From assembly GCA_023920165.1 (NCBI GenBank), contig CP089275.1:2976001-3040000 (forward strand): a stretch of DNA of 64,000 nt, in the 5' to 3' direction. This stretch comes from Curvularia clavata (Eukaryota). The notes beneath the pieces were generated by a model. The model saw only the letters and a program-made list of their open reading frames with translations. It ran no database searches and was not told the DNA's origin. Below, piece by piece: positions 49,079-63,570 of the stretch. The position numbers and the translations under genes are program-made. The stretch's first letter is position 1. Every line of letters starts with the position of its first letter.

Positions 49079-50668
49079 GACCTGGGATGGTTTAGATCGG
49101 TTTTGCGGGAAGAGGTGTAAGCACGAACGGAATGTATATAGGATCCGTTGATTGTTTCTCTTGGGCAAGTACGCTGTTATGTCCGAGTTGATTGCTTTTC
49201 ACCTTGGTTCACCTGTTTTCTTTACGGAGGATTGGAAAATGTGAGGTCGATAGTAACGTAGGTAACTACACGGACGACTTGATCCACTTACCACTTCGCG
49301 CACCAGTATATCCATGCACAAGCAGCAACCCACTCGTATACATACTTTCCCCCAGTCCGCAAATCTCTCCGTCCCCGCGGCCTCGGTAAACCTGCACAGC
49401 AAAGCATCTACACAACCTAGCAGTAGATCCACATCCTTGCTAATAAAAGCGAAAAAAGAACGGAACCATCAGCGATGCCATCACATACTTGCAGTAAATC
49501 AGACTATCTACCTCGCTTGCATGCATAACGAACTAGTGGAGTATCCTCGGCAGAATGTTACACCCCTAATTGACTTAGACGATGCGGCGCTTGGACACTG
49601 GGGCCCGTATATCGTGCCGTGTCGCCTCGTATCGTGTCGGGGAAAAGACGGTGATCATGCCTTTTGGCGATTCCGAGGGGAGCTGTGAACGTGATACGCA
49701 GCCAGGCTGTTGATTGGACGAAAGTAAGAGCGAGCCTTGGCTTGTTACTAGGAAGGAGTCTCTGGTTTTTCGTTGCTGTTACGCACGGCTATGGTACTTT
49801 ACATTTGCTAATATGCTTTTGTGAAGGCGCGAGAGGAGATTAAGAGGTGCAAGAGATATCATTTCCGCGGCGAGAGATGGTTGCTTCGTACTACATATAC
49901 AAAACTGTGGGTGGAATCACTGATGCAAATTCACCGAAGCACTACCGAACCCGTTTTGTTGCGAAAAAATATGGCCCCGGCCCTATCTTCCGTGTCTCTT
50001 CCCCCGGCCTGGGTCCTGGGTCCCTACCCAACAGCCCAGATTCAGGGAATGTTTGCCGTCGAGGCGCAAAATCGGCTCCTTGATGTTCAGCCATGACCCA
50101 TCTGGAGGTGGTGCTGCAGCCCTGTTTCTGGAGCACGGAGAAGAGCGGGCTGATACGGTGGTGTGAGGTCTATGGAGCAGTGAGGCGATGTGTGTCAGTG
50201 TCCAAGGGCATAACGTTTATCGCCATGAGATGACGTATAGGGCATTGTCGAGCTCAGATGCAGAGGTCCATTGGGAGGTGGAATTGAAAACAAAGTGGAA
50301 TATGGTGTTTGTTGAACCAACGGTGCTCCACATTGCAGCTTTTCAAGCTGCCTTCCAGCTCTTACATTTCATGACGATCCCTCAGGCACCCATGAAGTCG
50401 ACTCCAGAGGGACGTAGTAGGAGAGGCCAAGGGCATCGAACGGTGATTCGGTAGCGACAATTTCCCCGCATGGAAAATGTAGCTATGAAGATATTGAGTG
50501 CCTCGCGAATATGGCGTGCGGAATGGAGATTCTGCTGACGTCTGCTATGACATGGGTTTACTTCGACAAGCAGCAGCAGAATGTGAAAACTGCTGCTATC
50601 CTGTAGCCCCGCTGGAGAACTCTACTTCAAACTTAAATTTTCGATTGTGTCCAACTCTTTCTGCTCTC

Positions 50669-52310
50669 TCATGAAGGTTCATCGCGGGTTGAAATAGGCG
50701 CTGTTGGGTCACTAGTGCGTATAAACTCCTCGGAATACGATCGGTCGGACAAACACCCAATAGAGGATAAAGACATCACCGTCACAACAGATCTGTCGCC
50801 TTCGTCAAATTGCGAAGAGTGACTGCTGTTGCGTTGGGCCGTGGGTTTGGGCACCGGAAGCAGCTCCATGGTATTATGTTCAAGGTCGTTGTCCTTCTGG
50901 TCATTAATCGACATCCAGCTGCGACCGCGCGGCTTGTACCACTCGTGTTGCGATTGTGTTGGCGGTGTAAAGACGGGTAGTTTTGCGTGCCGGCCAGTAC
51001 CATTTGACCGGCCAGACCTGTTCGATGAGTTGGTGACACGAGAAATGAATGCTTTGAAGCTTGTAGGTAAGCATCGGCTGGCTAGTATTCGGATAGCTGG
51101 AAGGGATGCGCAAACGCAACCTGCTGCAAGCTCCAACCCGGTCCAGGTAGCAACTGGAGCGTAGTCCCAAGTCGGATCGAAAGAGATGTTGTAAAGAGTC
51201 AACGTGTGCATCCGAACAATGGTCGCGATGCATCCGAAAGTGCCAGCAGCAAACATGAAGCCGACAGCGATCTTACGCCAGCGATTAACTTGCAGGTTCC
51301 GGATATACACTAGAGGGAGGACGAGAAGGATGATGTCTTGGACGATGGCGCTGGCTGAGTTTGCATAAGACACGTTCCTCGGACTGATGCACTTTCCCTT
51401 GATATCCCTATTCCAGAACGACTCAATAGGCGAGCAAAGAAAGACGGATAAGAAGAATATCGTGGTCGTGCTGATGACGATGGCGGCCATCGTAATGTAG
51501 GCGAGCAATCGAAATCGTCGATCAAAGAAGATATTCAAGTACGACAGCAGCAGAACGACCTTGATAAGTCCGAGTACGACGCCGTACACTGCACCGGCCA
51601 TGTAAACTAAAGGATGTCAGTCATATGAGAAAATGTTACTAAGAACCCGGTCAAACATACACAGTCGGAGAATAGGCATCAAGGCGCCGTCCTTGAGGTT
51701 CCAAAGATGGTTACCGAACCCGATTTTGGCCACTGGACTTGATTAGCTCGCAATCCAAGAGCAAAATGTAATTCACGTACTCTTCAGAGCACATCCCACT
51801 GGCAAGGCAGCCAACAGGAACGTGCCAACCAAGATGTAGTCATCTATTGTGATCCGTTTCGACACCACTTTACCAGCAGTCCTGGCGGCCACGAACACAA
51901 AGCATATGACATAAACAATAATGGTAAGCACAAAGACCTGGTGGCTTTTGGAGTCGTTGGGCAAATGGCATATCGCAGCCTGTACCCTGGCAGTATCCAG
52001 GCTATCCTGCATGGTGCAGTTTGCAACCATACAGCTGCCTATGTGCATCACGAGGTGCTTGTCGCTACATATGCATTCGGTGTCCCCGAGAGAGCAATCG
52101 CTGTCGGGAATTGCTGATAACATGCAAAGAAGCTACTAAATGGTCAGCACATCAGACTTAGGGGAAAAAATACGTGAAGCTAGAACGAACCCCGCATGTT
52201 GGGATGTCCTCAAGGCCTAGTTCCCTCGACTCAGTGCCAGGTGCTGCGGCGCGTGCGTGGCCAATTGTCAGCAGGGTGCATAAGACGGCGAGGAGCAGGC
52301 GAAAATGCAT
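50669..52310 (-). CDS. CFEM-domain PTH11-like receptor
   Basis: Signal exon MHFRLLLAVLC..., CFEM Cys pattern (CSLGDTECIC...CMVANC), DDY, GFGNHLW, CSPIESFW, DIILLVLP, CASLP; multi-exon. Confidence 0.88.
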
Positions 52311-53927
52311 CGGTGCGAAGTCTGCACTCTGAGGAGGAGAGCAGCAAACATGCAGTCGGGCGTATTTGGGAAGTATCCATTGTAATACAATCGCAACCCG
52401 GTCGTTGCGAGTCGTGTTAGCGGGAACTGACAGAGCGGCTTTTCAACGTCGGCGACGCATCCCTACTAGAGAACTTCCAGAAATTCTCGTCTTGGCGAGA
52501 TTGTCGCCAATGACATGACATGGTCATGACACCGCATTGCGACGTTCGCTTCTATTTCCTCCTGTCAGGGCTCGTAGTCCCAAGCCCATCAGCAATAAGG
52601 GACATGTCAAAAACATGTCTAGGTGCACACATGGCTGCTGCCCGTTGGTTAGTGCGCCCCCTATAAGCTCTATTCGGGTGGTCGTAGCAAGGGAAACCAT
52701 GTACGCAAGTGCTCAAAGTGGATCCCGGCTCGAAACGCTGGTGCCAATCTTTCTGCCGTCGCGACGCTACAAATACGATCTATTATGACAGATCGGCATG
52801 CGATTGTGAGGCTATGCGCCGCGCAGATTGGACTTGGCCGCAGAAACGTACGTATGTCTATCATGATTTTGGTACGTCTCGTGGGTGACCTCCGGGGTAC
52901 AGCTTGAGCTGGGTATCTTGCATCATCCAGGATCTCGGGCCATTCGTGCCAGCACGTTAAACTATCTCTCTGCTTGCGTCGATCAAGAAAGTAAGCACGT
53001 GTCAGAAACAGGCTGAATTGATGTAGTCTTGCTGTTTACTGACTTGCTAGAAGGCTTGTACTAATGCGAGTATCTAGAAGCGAATTTTCAGAGCAACTAG
53101 CTCTTCCACGTCCAAAGACTGATAACTGCTAGAGCGATATGCATTTTCGTGCGATCTTCGGATGTGCTACGTCTCCTTCCGTTCGTATCGGCGGAAGCCC
53201 GGGTAGGGCCGATTGTTAGCAAGCCGATCACAGCATCAGCTGGCCAGAACGTGACGGCTTCGGGATATATTGGGGCCGAAGTGAAGTGCCATCTGACTCT
53301 TGAAAGCTAGAACGTGTTGTCAACACAATAAGTGGTCAGGTAGAAAGATACACTGCTCATTCTTCTCACGTGATCATCATCATTCACTTCAGCTAGGTCA
53401 TTCAAGATAAAGACCCACCTTGCAGGAATCGCGCCCTTATTCTCTTTATTCGCACCAATACTGTGTAGAAATCAGATTCTTTAGATGCCAAACGCATCAT
53501 CTGGCATAAGATGCATGCGGACTAGGTCCGTTTACGTCATGTTTACTTCGCGCAATGTCTTCAGCATGTATACTATTTTCTCCTCTTTAGAAAATCTATC
53601 GATATTGGTCGATATTATTTGTTTCAGCTGAGGGTTTTCGATATGCTGTCTTAGCCTTCTTGGAGGGATGTCGGCGGTGTGATTCGGCGTCGGAAGCAAA
53701 AGTATCGTCTTTCTCTTTTGTGGTGCTGGGTCTTTTGAGCGACTGAGAGTTTATTCTTAGAGTTTCTGGGTGACTGGTTAGGATTGCTAAAGTGTAGGCT
53801 AGAGTATACTGAGTTTAAAATTCAGTAGCTTGCCTTTTCGTTCATCATCAGAGCAGGGAATCATGGGACGCTTTCGTATTCGTCTTCCTAATGATGTTGG
53901 ATCGTTTGATCCAGCTACAGCCGACGT

Positions 53928-54365
53928 CTAGGTAAGGCTACTTGTTCTCCATTGCTTCGAAGTGACGTTGCTGGCCTTGAAGGATTCTCTTGAATCGTCG
54001 GCTAGTGGGTGTTTTTCACCCTCACTGCCCTCATTCTCCTCGCCCTTGTTACCATCCTCTTCATTACTAGGGAACAATTCCCTGAATCTGGAAATCCTCG
54101 ATTTGGTTGCCAAACTATTAATTCGATCAAGTTGAGCTGCTGCAACACGGAGACCATCCGTGGTTGGCCCATCCCGCTTTTTCGGGAGCGACTTCGCTTC
54201 CGCCGCAGAGAGGTGAAGGTGAAATGGCATCCTTGATAGGGTAGTGCGCAACAGCAGACAGATCAAGGGCAAAGCCTCGTGCTGGCAGGGCTTGGTAATC
54301 CAGTAACACAACTTTGCCGGATTGGGCGTGTGTGTAGAAGGCTGAGGTGACGATGATATTGGCAA
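53928..54365 (-). other. Possible coding exon or degenerate gene fragment
   Basis: Protein-like stretch (CQHEALPLICLLLRTTLSRMPFHLHL...); gene structure unresolved. Confidence 0.3.
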
Positions 54366-54822
54366 TGTAAAAATTAAGGTATGTAACCCTCACAAAGTGG
54401 CAGTTATCAAAGTCACAATCAATAAGTGATGTGTCGGTGTGGCATGGGGTCTTGCTATGTGGCGTTTGCTCGCAAGACACAGGTGTTTAGTCTGAGAAAT
54501 GTGGCATAACACATGAGATATAGCAGTAGAAGACAAAGAGTGCAGAAAAATTGCGCGTGCGCTTGTCGTATGTTTCGGAAATCGATATCGAAGTTGAGGT
54601 TGTAATGAATTTTGTGTGGGGCAAAGTGAGTGCCTCAGCTTGTTGCCGTCCAGCATACATCTACTCTCTGATCCTTTGACTGTATATCTCGGAAGATACC
54701 CTGATTGTATTTTAATTTCGGATAAGCGTTTGAGCCTCTGATCAAATCCTTCAAAGCTCCCGTGTTCTGATCAACAGGCCTCTATTTCGGAATTGATTTC
54801 AACGTCGAAGCCGCGCTTGCTC

Positions 54823-56345
54823 TCAAATCATACTATAATTCCGTCTCAGTAATGCTCTCTTTTTGCTTCCAGTATAGCAAGTAATATCCAATTCATGAGA
54901 TTCATCGGAATCCAGGACGTACTCCATCACGTTGTCAGCCACTATAAAGTCTCGGTCACTGCTTGTTTCTCGTGTACTGAGACGCTGCGAAGAAGAAACT
55001 TTCAAACGCTTTGCAGTCGACCGCGAGCTTGTTTCGCTCGTCTTCGTGGGCTTCGGCTTTTTTAATAGAGGCAAGAGACTACTGTCTGTGGCTTTGTTTC
55101 CGAGATTTGATCTTGGACGGGCCTTCAAGGTTGGGGCTGATCGGGATGCTGGGTCATCGTCATCCCACTCAAAGGCAAGGTTACTCGGATCTACTTTGAC
55201 CACGACATCTTCAGAATAGCCATCTTCATCGTTTTTATCGCCTTCTACGATGTTCCGTGAGTGCCCGAAGGTTGACGGGGTGAATGTATGAGCAGCGTAT
55301 GGTGCCTTGCTCGTAGCTCTGGCCCTCTTCTTGGCTTGAGCCATACACCCTTCGCTATCGATGACCAGATGATATAATTCTATGATAGGCAGCGCTGGGG
55401 CCACAGCCATCAACTGCGCAACTTTGCTTCTTAACTCAAAGTCATCTATATCCAGCAACGTCATGTCTTTCTGATTATGGCCCATTGCTTCGCTAGTTTT
55501 GCTTAATCCTTGTGATGGTGGGATATCCAGCTCAGGAGGGGCAGTAGAAAACTCTCTTTGACCCTTTGAATTAGTCTGGAGGTGGCGATACTGCCACGGG
55601 CCGGGTGTTTTGCTTTTGGTTCGCGAGAAAGTCCCTGCATACCTCCCATAGCGCATGTTAGTTGGACGGTCATTGCGTATTTCGGATGTGGATTCACGTT
55701 GATCAACCGCGTGGCGGTGCCTGGAGATCCTGGAAAGACTCTTGGGTTCATTTCCCGTTGTTGCATGTCGCGCCATGCATGCTGACCCACGGCGGCGCGT
55801 GGCTGATTTACCAATAAGTGAAGTTTCACGCTCAGAAGACGAGGACTTCGGCGAATGGAGCGCATGCGCAGGTGGTGATTCGCATAAACTAAAGCCAGAC
55901 GAGACGTAACTGTTCTGGAGTGGAGTCACACTCAAGCTTCTTTGGCGAGAACATGCCGATTGATTTTGATGTTGATATGGAGATTGGCCTAGATCTGTGC
56001 CAGAGATGGCAGGACGGACAGGACTGGAAGCGAGTCTATGATAGTTAGTTGCTCCATCTTTTCACATCTTAGTACCAGCAGAAGTGTCTAATGGGTTGTT
56101 TACCCTCGGTCGCTGCGCCGCTTAGTGTCTGAACTGACTGATGTCACGGACTGGCTTGAGTCGCTGTCAAGCGTGATCGGCATGTCACGAGAAGCGCCCA
56201 AGCGAAGATTGGTCTCCGTGTTGAGGGTATTTCTTGTTCCACGCCTGGATACAGAATCATTTTTCGAGGTTTTTGATCCAGACGTGGATGGCTTGCGTCT
56301 TTTTCTCGGGCGGCGATAGTTTTCTCTGCTGTTCTCTAGAACCAT
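54823..56345 (-). CDS. Hypothetical basic, Ser-rich protein, probably nuclear
   Basis: ATG 56345 MVLENSRENYRRPRKRRK (NLS-like), GTAAAC donor near 56100, 370-codon ORF with a helical LRSKVAQLMAVAPALP segment; exon structure uncertain. Confidence 0.55.
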
Positions 56346-57632
56346 ATCGACTATTGGGTTGTTATTTTTGGACTCAATGCCACTCGTCTTGCTTTTTTCG
56401 ATTCGAAGATGGTGATGTGCAGTGGAGGCAGTAATTGGTGCTGCTAGGGGAGGCAAGGTCGGGGTGTGTGAATGAGATGGCTCCAACAATTCGGGTAGAG
56501 AAGCGACTCGGAAACACAATGGCCCATGTCTTCTTGGTGTATTTTTGTCCGCTCCAACGAATGATTTATGCTCACTACTCAAACCGTATGGCAAGAGTAT
56601 GGGCAAACGCGCACCCATGGGGCTAGACGTAAGCGCGCGGCGAAGAAACTGGACGAAGCTTCAGCTCATACGAGCTGGAGAACGATCGAGTATTCAGCAG
56701 AGAATACAACAGCGCATAGTCTCGTTGTGCAAAAGTGAGTGCAATGTGAGAGCGTGCTAGCCGTTCCTCGGTGGGGCACGTGTGGCGCAGGCGGTGGTAC
56801 TGGGGCGGGGAAACGCCTCATGTGGCTGGTGGCCGGTGGCTGGTCTACTCTCAACGGTACCGCACGGTCTACAACATTCCTTTTCCTCTCAACTATTATT
56901 CATCCAGAACAGATGTGCGTGATCTTCGACCTCATCACTTGATGATCAACTGGCAGTGGCCAACGAGCGACCAATGAGCGAACCGTGACTGAACAGGGGG
57001 CAGCCAGTGAGCAGCTGAGCTGATCGCCCGGGGACTGAGGGGAAGTGCATGCTAACGTGAAAAGTAAGCAGAAAAAGGAACCATGTGCGATCCCCCAGGG
57101 GCAAAGGAGGTTGGGGCAAAGAGCCCAAAGGCACTCAGACGGGGTGAAGAATGCCTACTGAAGACATGTGATATTACCCTGGGCCTGGCGAGGATGAGGA
57201 GGATGCCTGCATGATGGACTCCACTATATGACAAGAAGCCAGGAGAAAGGGAGCCACGAACGCACAAGATAGCAAGCAGGGCCAACAAAGCGCATGGTGC
57301 GACAGCGGTTATGTAAGGCCAGTCAGCCAGAAGACGTTGTTCTCGGTGTGGGGCCGAGGACGACTGGCAGAGATACAATAGACGGGAATGCCCCTGGTCG
57401 CGCTACGGCACGACACGAGGTCGAGCCAGCCCCAGCCATCTCCACTCAGCACGTCGACAGCACGGCGACAGCATCATCAAGACAACACACTGCCTCCACC
57501 CCAACGTCTTGACCGCTCTTCTCACACGCGCCAGTCGCCTTGCATTTATGAGCGCCCCCGTCGCGCCGTATGGGGCAAGTTCCTAGAGTCTACCACCGTG
57601 ATTTCGCCATTCCAGGTTCCACCCGCTCGCGA

Positions 57633-59773
57633 ATGGCTTCTGGTAGCATAGGCCATGTGCCCGCCTCGACCTTTGCTGAGTATGTAGACGACCCTTTTCT
57701 CGACCACATTCGCGATGGAGAGGATGCATCGCATACATATACCCAAGACGAGACCACTTTGATCCATGGGGCGCCGCCTGCGAGGGCGCCGCAATGCACG
57801 CTGGCGCAACAGTCGCAGCCGCCCTCGCAGTGCGTCTCAGTGCGCCCCGCCCTGTCGCACCGCCTACACTCCCATCAACTACACGTACGAGCAAAAGCTA
57901 AGCTACAACGTGATAGACTTCTTTCCGGACCCATGATCGATATCTACGTAGGCGAATCGAAGCGCCACTGGGCGCTGCACCGCAACCTGCTGTGCCACCA
58001 CTCCGAGGCTCTAGAGAATGAGCTGCTCGGCGATGCAAACGGCAACACGAGGAAGGACCGCCTCGATCTGCCCGAATATGACCCAGCCGGCTTCGAGCTG
58101 CTCGTCAAATGGCTCTACCAAGGTAGTCTGGACGATGTCTCCGACATGGCTGATGAAAACCAAAAATACGACTACGCTGTGACCTGTCACAAGCTCTATC
58201 TTCTTTGTGAACGCTTCGACATGACCCAGCTAAAAAATGTTGCCATGGACCAGTATAGAAAAGGCCTCAACGAAGCCGAATTGGTCCCCGACGCCGAAGA
58301 GATTGACGACATTTACCGTAAGAGTCCAAAGGGCTCGCCCTTCCGTCTGCTGATGACCCGCATCGCGGCACGCCAGATCATGGATCCTGCCAGTGAGCGT
58401 GATGTCGAGACGTATCGCGGATGCTTCGCAAATAATCCCGATTTTGCCATTGACTTGGTCAAGGAAATCAGGTCTGGCACTGGTGGTGTGCTGTTTAACG
58501 ATCCAACAGAAAAGGGAAACGAGTGCCTCTATCATGATCACGAAGCCGGGCCCAACTGTTACACCAAAGATAAACTAAAAGGGAAACAAGGTGTGTAGCT
58601 CTGCTTTGTTTGCAGTCCATTTCCAGCTCCGCCGCATTTCGCTCCCCTTATTAGTTTCGCAACCCACGTAGTAACTTCGATTAACCAGCAAAGAAGAGGG
58701 TCGGCCGCTCATCCGCCAAATCAATCCCCTACATAAGCTCCGACCAGCGCAGCCGCCCTCCCCTCCCCCATCTCCAGACAGAGCCTCCCCCAGCGCCTCC
58801 TCTACCAACTCGCCCACGCGAGAGGAACCCTCTCCGCCGCTGCCTGACAAGTCCGGTGAGTTCGACAGTTGGCACATCGAAGGAAATGGCAGTGGCTACT
58901 CAGCCGCTCAAGGAAGCCCTCCGAGACAGGGAGAAGGACATAGAAAGGCTGCGCAAGGTGTCTCCCCCGGAGAGAAGACGCCTAGGTCCAACCCAGATCA
59001 ACGGGACGAAAACCCACGAGTCACACCCAGCCCTCGACGACCACCACCGAAGCTCCGAAGACACGTATCGCCCAGTGAAGGATAGCCAGGCTGCCAGTGG
59101 ATCTGATGGCGAGGGTGAAGGAGGGCCTGTGCAGCCATTACAAACCTCCTCACGCCGAGGTATATGGGAATGGGCTAAAGCAGGTACTGGGAGATTGGGC
59201 ATGATTGGAAGTATACCTGAAACTCAAGAAGACGGCTTCGATATTTCGGCCGCCATAACTTCCGAGAAGAGTGACGTGCAGCCGGATGAGCAGACCCCAC
59301 CTTCCAAGGTCACAGTCTTTGGATTGTCTCATTCAAACATCGCTCCATCACCCTCATTCTCGCAGACAAAACGATCCTCTGACGAACTCGTCGCTGCCTC
59401 ATCGACCACGACCACCCCCGCTACTCTCAATCGCCCCACTCAGTCATGGACAAGCGGCAAGCAAATCACGCCAATGCCTATAACCGAGCACAGTCCTCCT
59501 CTCACGCCCGAGACCCCAACACCGCCACAGCGCCGACGAGACACGCCAGTCGATACCAACGGTACAACAACACCACCACCACCCAAGAACACACCAGCTG
59601 TTGAGAACGCCTCCGCTGCTAAATCACAATCGAACGGCGCTTCACCAACCACAGCTAGCCCGGCAACCCAGACTGCATCTGGCTCGAAGACTCCTCCAGT
59701 CCGAAAGTATAAGATTGTCCTCAATCCAAACATGATTTCGCCTGGTCGGAGTAGTCCCAGCATGGCGAAATGA
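57633..59773 (+). CDS. BTB/POZ domain protein with long disordered C-terminus
   Basis: MIDIYVGESKRHWALHRNLLCHHS...LPEYDPAGFELLVKWLYQG...KLYLLCERF..LKNVAMD; intron ~58592-58689 links to ORF 58856-59773. Confidence 0.85.
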
Positions 59774-62336
59774 TGTATCCCCAGCCATTTCGGTCACGGT
59801 TTTAATGAAAGAAAAAGATACCCAACATATATATACATGACGTAGCGCTTTGTGCTTATTATAATTAGATTTCGAAATGATAGTTTTATGAGATTGAGAT
59901 GTATTGTGCTTTTCTAATGATCTGGTTCATCTGGGACCGGCCTGCACTTGATCGCGGCTTTAGTTATATCATGGTTACTGCTAAAAGGTTTTTATCTAGA
60001 TTAATACACGGGTTGATTAAGTCTAAAACCTCTCTTTACTTTTGTTCGTGCAGCATACATAAAGATATGTAGGAGCTAGCATACTTTTCCCAAAGGAGAT
60101 TGTATTGAGTGATCGATCAGACTAGCAGAATGATCAAACTGTATACTACTACTTCTACATACCAAGGCCTGACACCAAGATCGTGTATCCCACTATACCG
60201 TTGCTTGCACCTAATATTCATCTTCCCCTTGTGCCTGTCGAGCCACCATTCTATACTTTCCGAATTATCATGCTTGACGTGGTCGTCTCAGGATACGCCG
60301 TCGAGGACTGCCATCATCTCTTCGAGCTTGTTGATATGGGCTGTTCATTCTCAATGATTGCCATAGTCTCGTCCAGAATTTCCTGCAGTTCTGCTTCCTT
60401 CTTCAGCCTTCTTTTAATGCTTGTTCGTAGATAAATCCAGAAATGCTGTTGTACAAATTTCCAGCACGGAGTATATAGGTTTCAGTAACGTCTGTACGGC
60501 CTGGTAGTCGAACCTTTGAGTTATAGCGCGCGTATGAGGGGGTGGCGCGCACGAATATAAACCATTCACTCATGGAAAGAGACTATAGCTGAGCTCTGGA
60601 AGCGTATAGGTGAAATCGTAGGGACTATATGGCATAAAATCCATTGAGATGAAGAAGTAGGCATGTGTTACGCCAGTGCCGGCAAACTTCTCCCACGGAT
60701 CGCATGGCGCAGATTCATAGGGGATATATACGCTGCGGTCGAAGAGAGGTCATTACTAGATGAGAATGATGTTAGTAACGTGTCTAGCCCGAAGAGTATC
60801 AAGAGTAAAACGTACTATATTTGCCGATTTTCCGGTTTGGAGGATTGGAACAGAAGATGGGGTGATTGCACCTCCCATCTATTATGGTAGCACCCAGAGC
60901 CTTCTGTTTATGTTGGCATGAAATACTGGGGTACTGCAGCGCTCTCTCCTTCAGCACTAGGCTAGCGACTGGACGTGAATTTGGTTGTAGCAATCTGAGG
61001 CGCAGGCCGGGTAGCGACACCATGTAAATCTATTCAATCATCGAAGCTACTCATAGCTGCGACATGACTGTTAAGTATAGTTTTCCGTGTCGTGACTTAT
61101 CTCTCTATAAGATTGGCAGACTTAAAGCTGCTGGATTCTTGCGTTGCCCTGGCTGGACAGACCTGCACGTTCAGCATCGGCGCTTGGCTTGCATATCTGA
61201 ATCAGGGCGATAGCATCCTCGATCACCGTAATTCCGATAGCGACACATTTACCCATGGGAAAGCCTCATGGTGATCTTGAGGGCGTATTATAACTATAGA
61301 GAAGACGGTGGGAAGGTGGTTGAATAAGCGAAGAAGTTTAGATGTGTTGATGAGTGAAGAATAGTGAGGTAGATTTGTGGGTTTATATGGAAGATGGCCG
61401 TGTAAGAACGACAAGTTCGTGACGTGCTGGAATCAAGGCAAACGCTAGAAGGTGAAAGTGAGGAGAGAAAAATCTAGAATGGGAGAATTTGGGGAAAATA
61501 GGTGGATGACCGCCTAGGTAATGGGGAATGTACTGAAACTAGGAATAGAACAGCTAGATGTAGTATGCATAGAACTGTAGTTACAGCCTTACTATAGAAA
61601 TACAGTTTGCGGAGGGAAACTAAACCTTAGAGAGGAGAATGCGATGGAACGGTTCTGTTACCACAAACAGGCGGCGAGTAAGATCTAGAATGCTATTAAA
61701 CCTGGAGGAATGTGTTCGAGGAGCTTCATTACAAACATTCGCTATCAAACTGTTATTCTTGTTTGACATAGACTGACGCACATGGCTTCCCTAAGAAATC
61801 GTTCATTCGGAAGACACCACAACTCGGGGATATGGCGTGTTGATAATCGGTCATGCCGGTATACGGTCATGCCGGAAGCACGTAACTAGGCTCCAGGAGA
61901 TCTTGGCTAGGAAACAAGAGAAGAAAAGGCGACAGCTCACGAGAGCAGAAACGAACGGTAATAAACCCAAATGCGACAACCCCCGCCCGGAGGAGAGCTA
62001 TGTTTGGGAGCGCAATAAGCTAGCGCTCGTCTGACATGCAGACGCAGCGCGCCGATGGCTGCGTGGGCATTACAGAGATGGCGCCTATCGGCAAATACAT
62101 TTGATGCAAACACATGCAGAGTACATGGATCCCCAGACCGGGGTCGTGGCGCAGAGGAACCTCATTGGTATTGAACGCCTTGAAAACAAGCACCGCCCAT
62201 CATGATATCACGGCGAAGCCGAGAGACAAACTTGTGCAGTTCAAGTCCAGAGGATACCTTTAAGCCAAATCTCGACCGTTCGGGATTGAGATGGCAAGAT
62301 GCATTTCACTTCCTTCGTCACTTTTCCATTTAAAGC

Positions 62337-63570
62337 ATGGCGATGGCGATGACCACCCCAGCTGTCGCTCTACCAACCGGCCCTGGAGGCATCCCCACGT
62401 CTTTGTGGAGTTTGCCGGCGATGCCACCACCTGCTGGTCGAACGCCAAATTTTGAAAATCCGGAAAATCACGGCAGAGAGTTGATTGTATTGAACGCTGT
62501 ATTCTTGAGTATTACGCTGATAGCGTTGGTGTTACGTTTCACTGCACGCTGCAGCTCTAAAGAAAGACTTGGTTGGGATGACTGTAAGCTACTGTGTCTG
62601 TGTATTCTATTGGCGCTTATATGGATTAGTGTTTTGTGTCCTCGCGACATTCACCTCGGTCGCCCACAGTGGACTCATGATCTCCAGTGAGTGACCGGCC
62701 TACTGCGTTGTTCTGGTATGGCTCTAACCAGAGCGCCAGGTCTCAATATCGGCTATGGCAGGCATTTATGGGACATTCGTGCGGTGACTTTGACACATTC
62801 AAGAGTTTTGGTGCGTTTCTCTTCTATGAACATCTGCCGTTTCTAACCTACTGCAGCGATTCAGTCAGTTATCCACATTGTACATTATCGGCATCTGCTT
62901 TGCGAAACTATCCGTCTTGTTGATGTACCTTCGATTCTTCGAGGTTGTCGACTTCACACGCCATCTGATCTACTTCGGCATCTTCTTGACTCTCTTTACG
63001 TCTGCGGCATTTATCGGCCATGGGATCGCGCAAACAGTGGTGTGCATAAACGTTTCGGCTGTGACGAACAAATTTTGTCAAGCCGTCAGCAAGGTCGTCA
63101 TTGCTCAAGCAAGTGTCAATGTTGCAATGGAATTTTACATCTTAATGATCCCGCTTCAGCAAGTCTACAAACTCAATATGGACTCACAAAGGAAGCTCGG
63201 ACTTGCTGCTGTTTTCGGAATAGGTCTTGTGTAAGTCATTCCGCCCAAGACACAACTGAATAAGTCTAAACTAAACGTAACAAGAGCCTGCATTGCCAGC
63301 GCTCTTCGCTTGGGGTGGTCAGTGAGGAACCTACACGAGCCCGATATCTTATGGGCGGCTGCTCTGATCTCGGAAATGTCCATTGTGGAGATGAACACCG
63401 CCATCATCGCGCCATGTCTTTGTCTTTGTATCTGCTACTACAAAGCACAACACCGGCGAAATGTCCCGCCTACAATTGTTACCGATGAGGAGCGGACAAA
63501 AAGCTTCATCGGAAGACTTCTATTCTGGACCACATCACACGGGCGCACACTGCAAGATACAGAACCTTGA
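62337..63570 (+). CDS. PTH11-like integral membrane protein without CFEM
   Basis: PPPAGRTPNFENP, LRF..R....LGWDD, GYGRHLWD, AKLSVLLMYLRFF, YILMIPL..V.KL, EMNTAII; four introns. Confidence 0.85.

Noticed and set aside
60200..61023. Minus-strand stretch with intron-like signals and broken reading frames
   Set aside because: May be a decayed gene, but no family could be recognised and no consistent model built.
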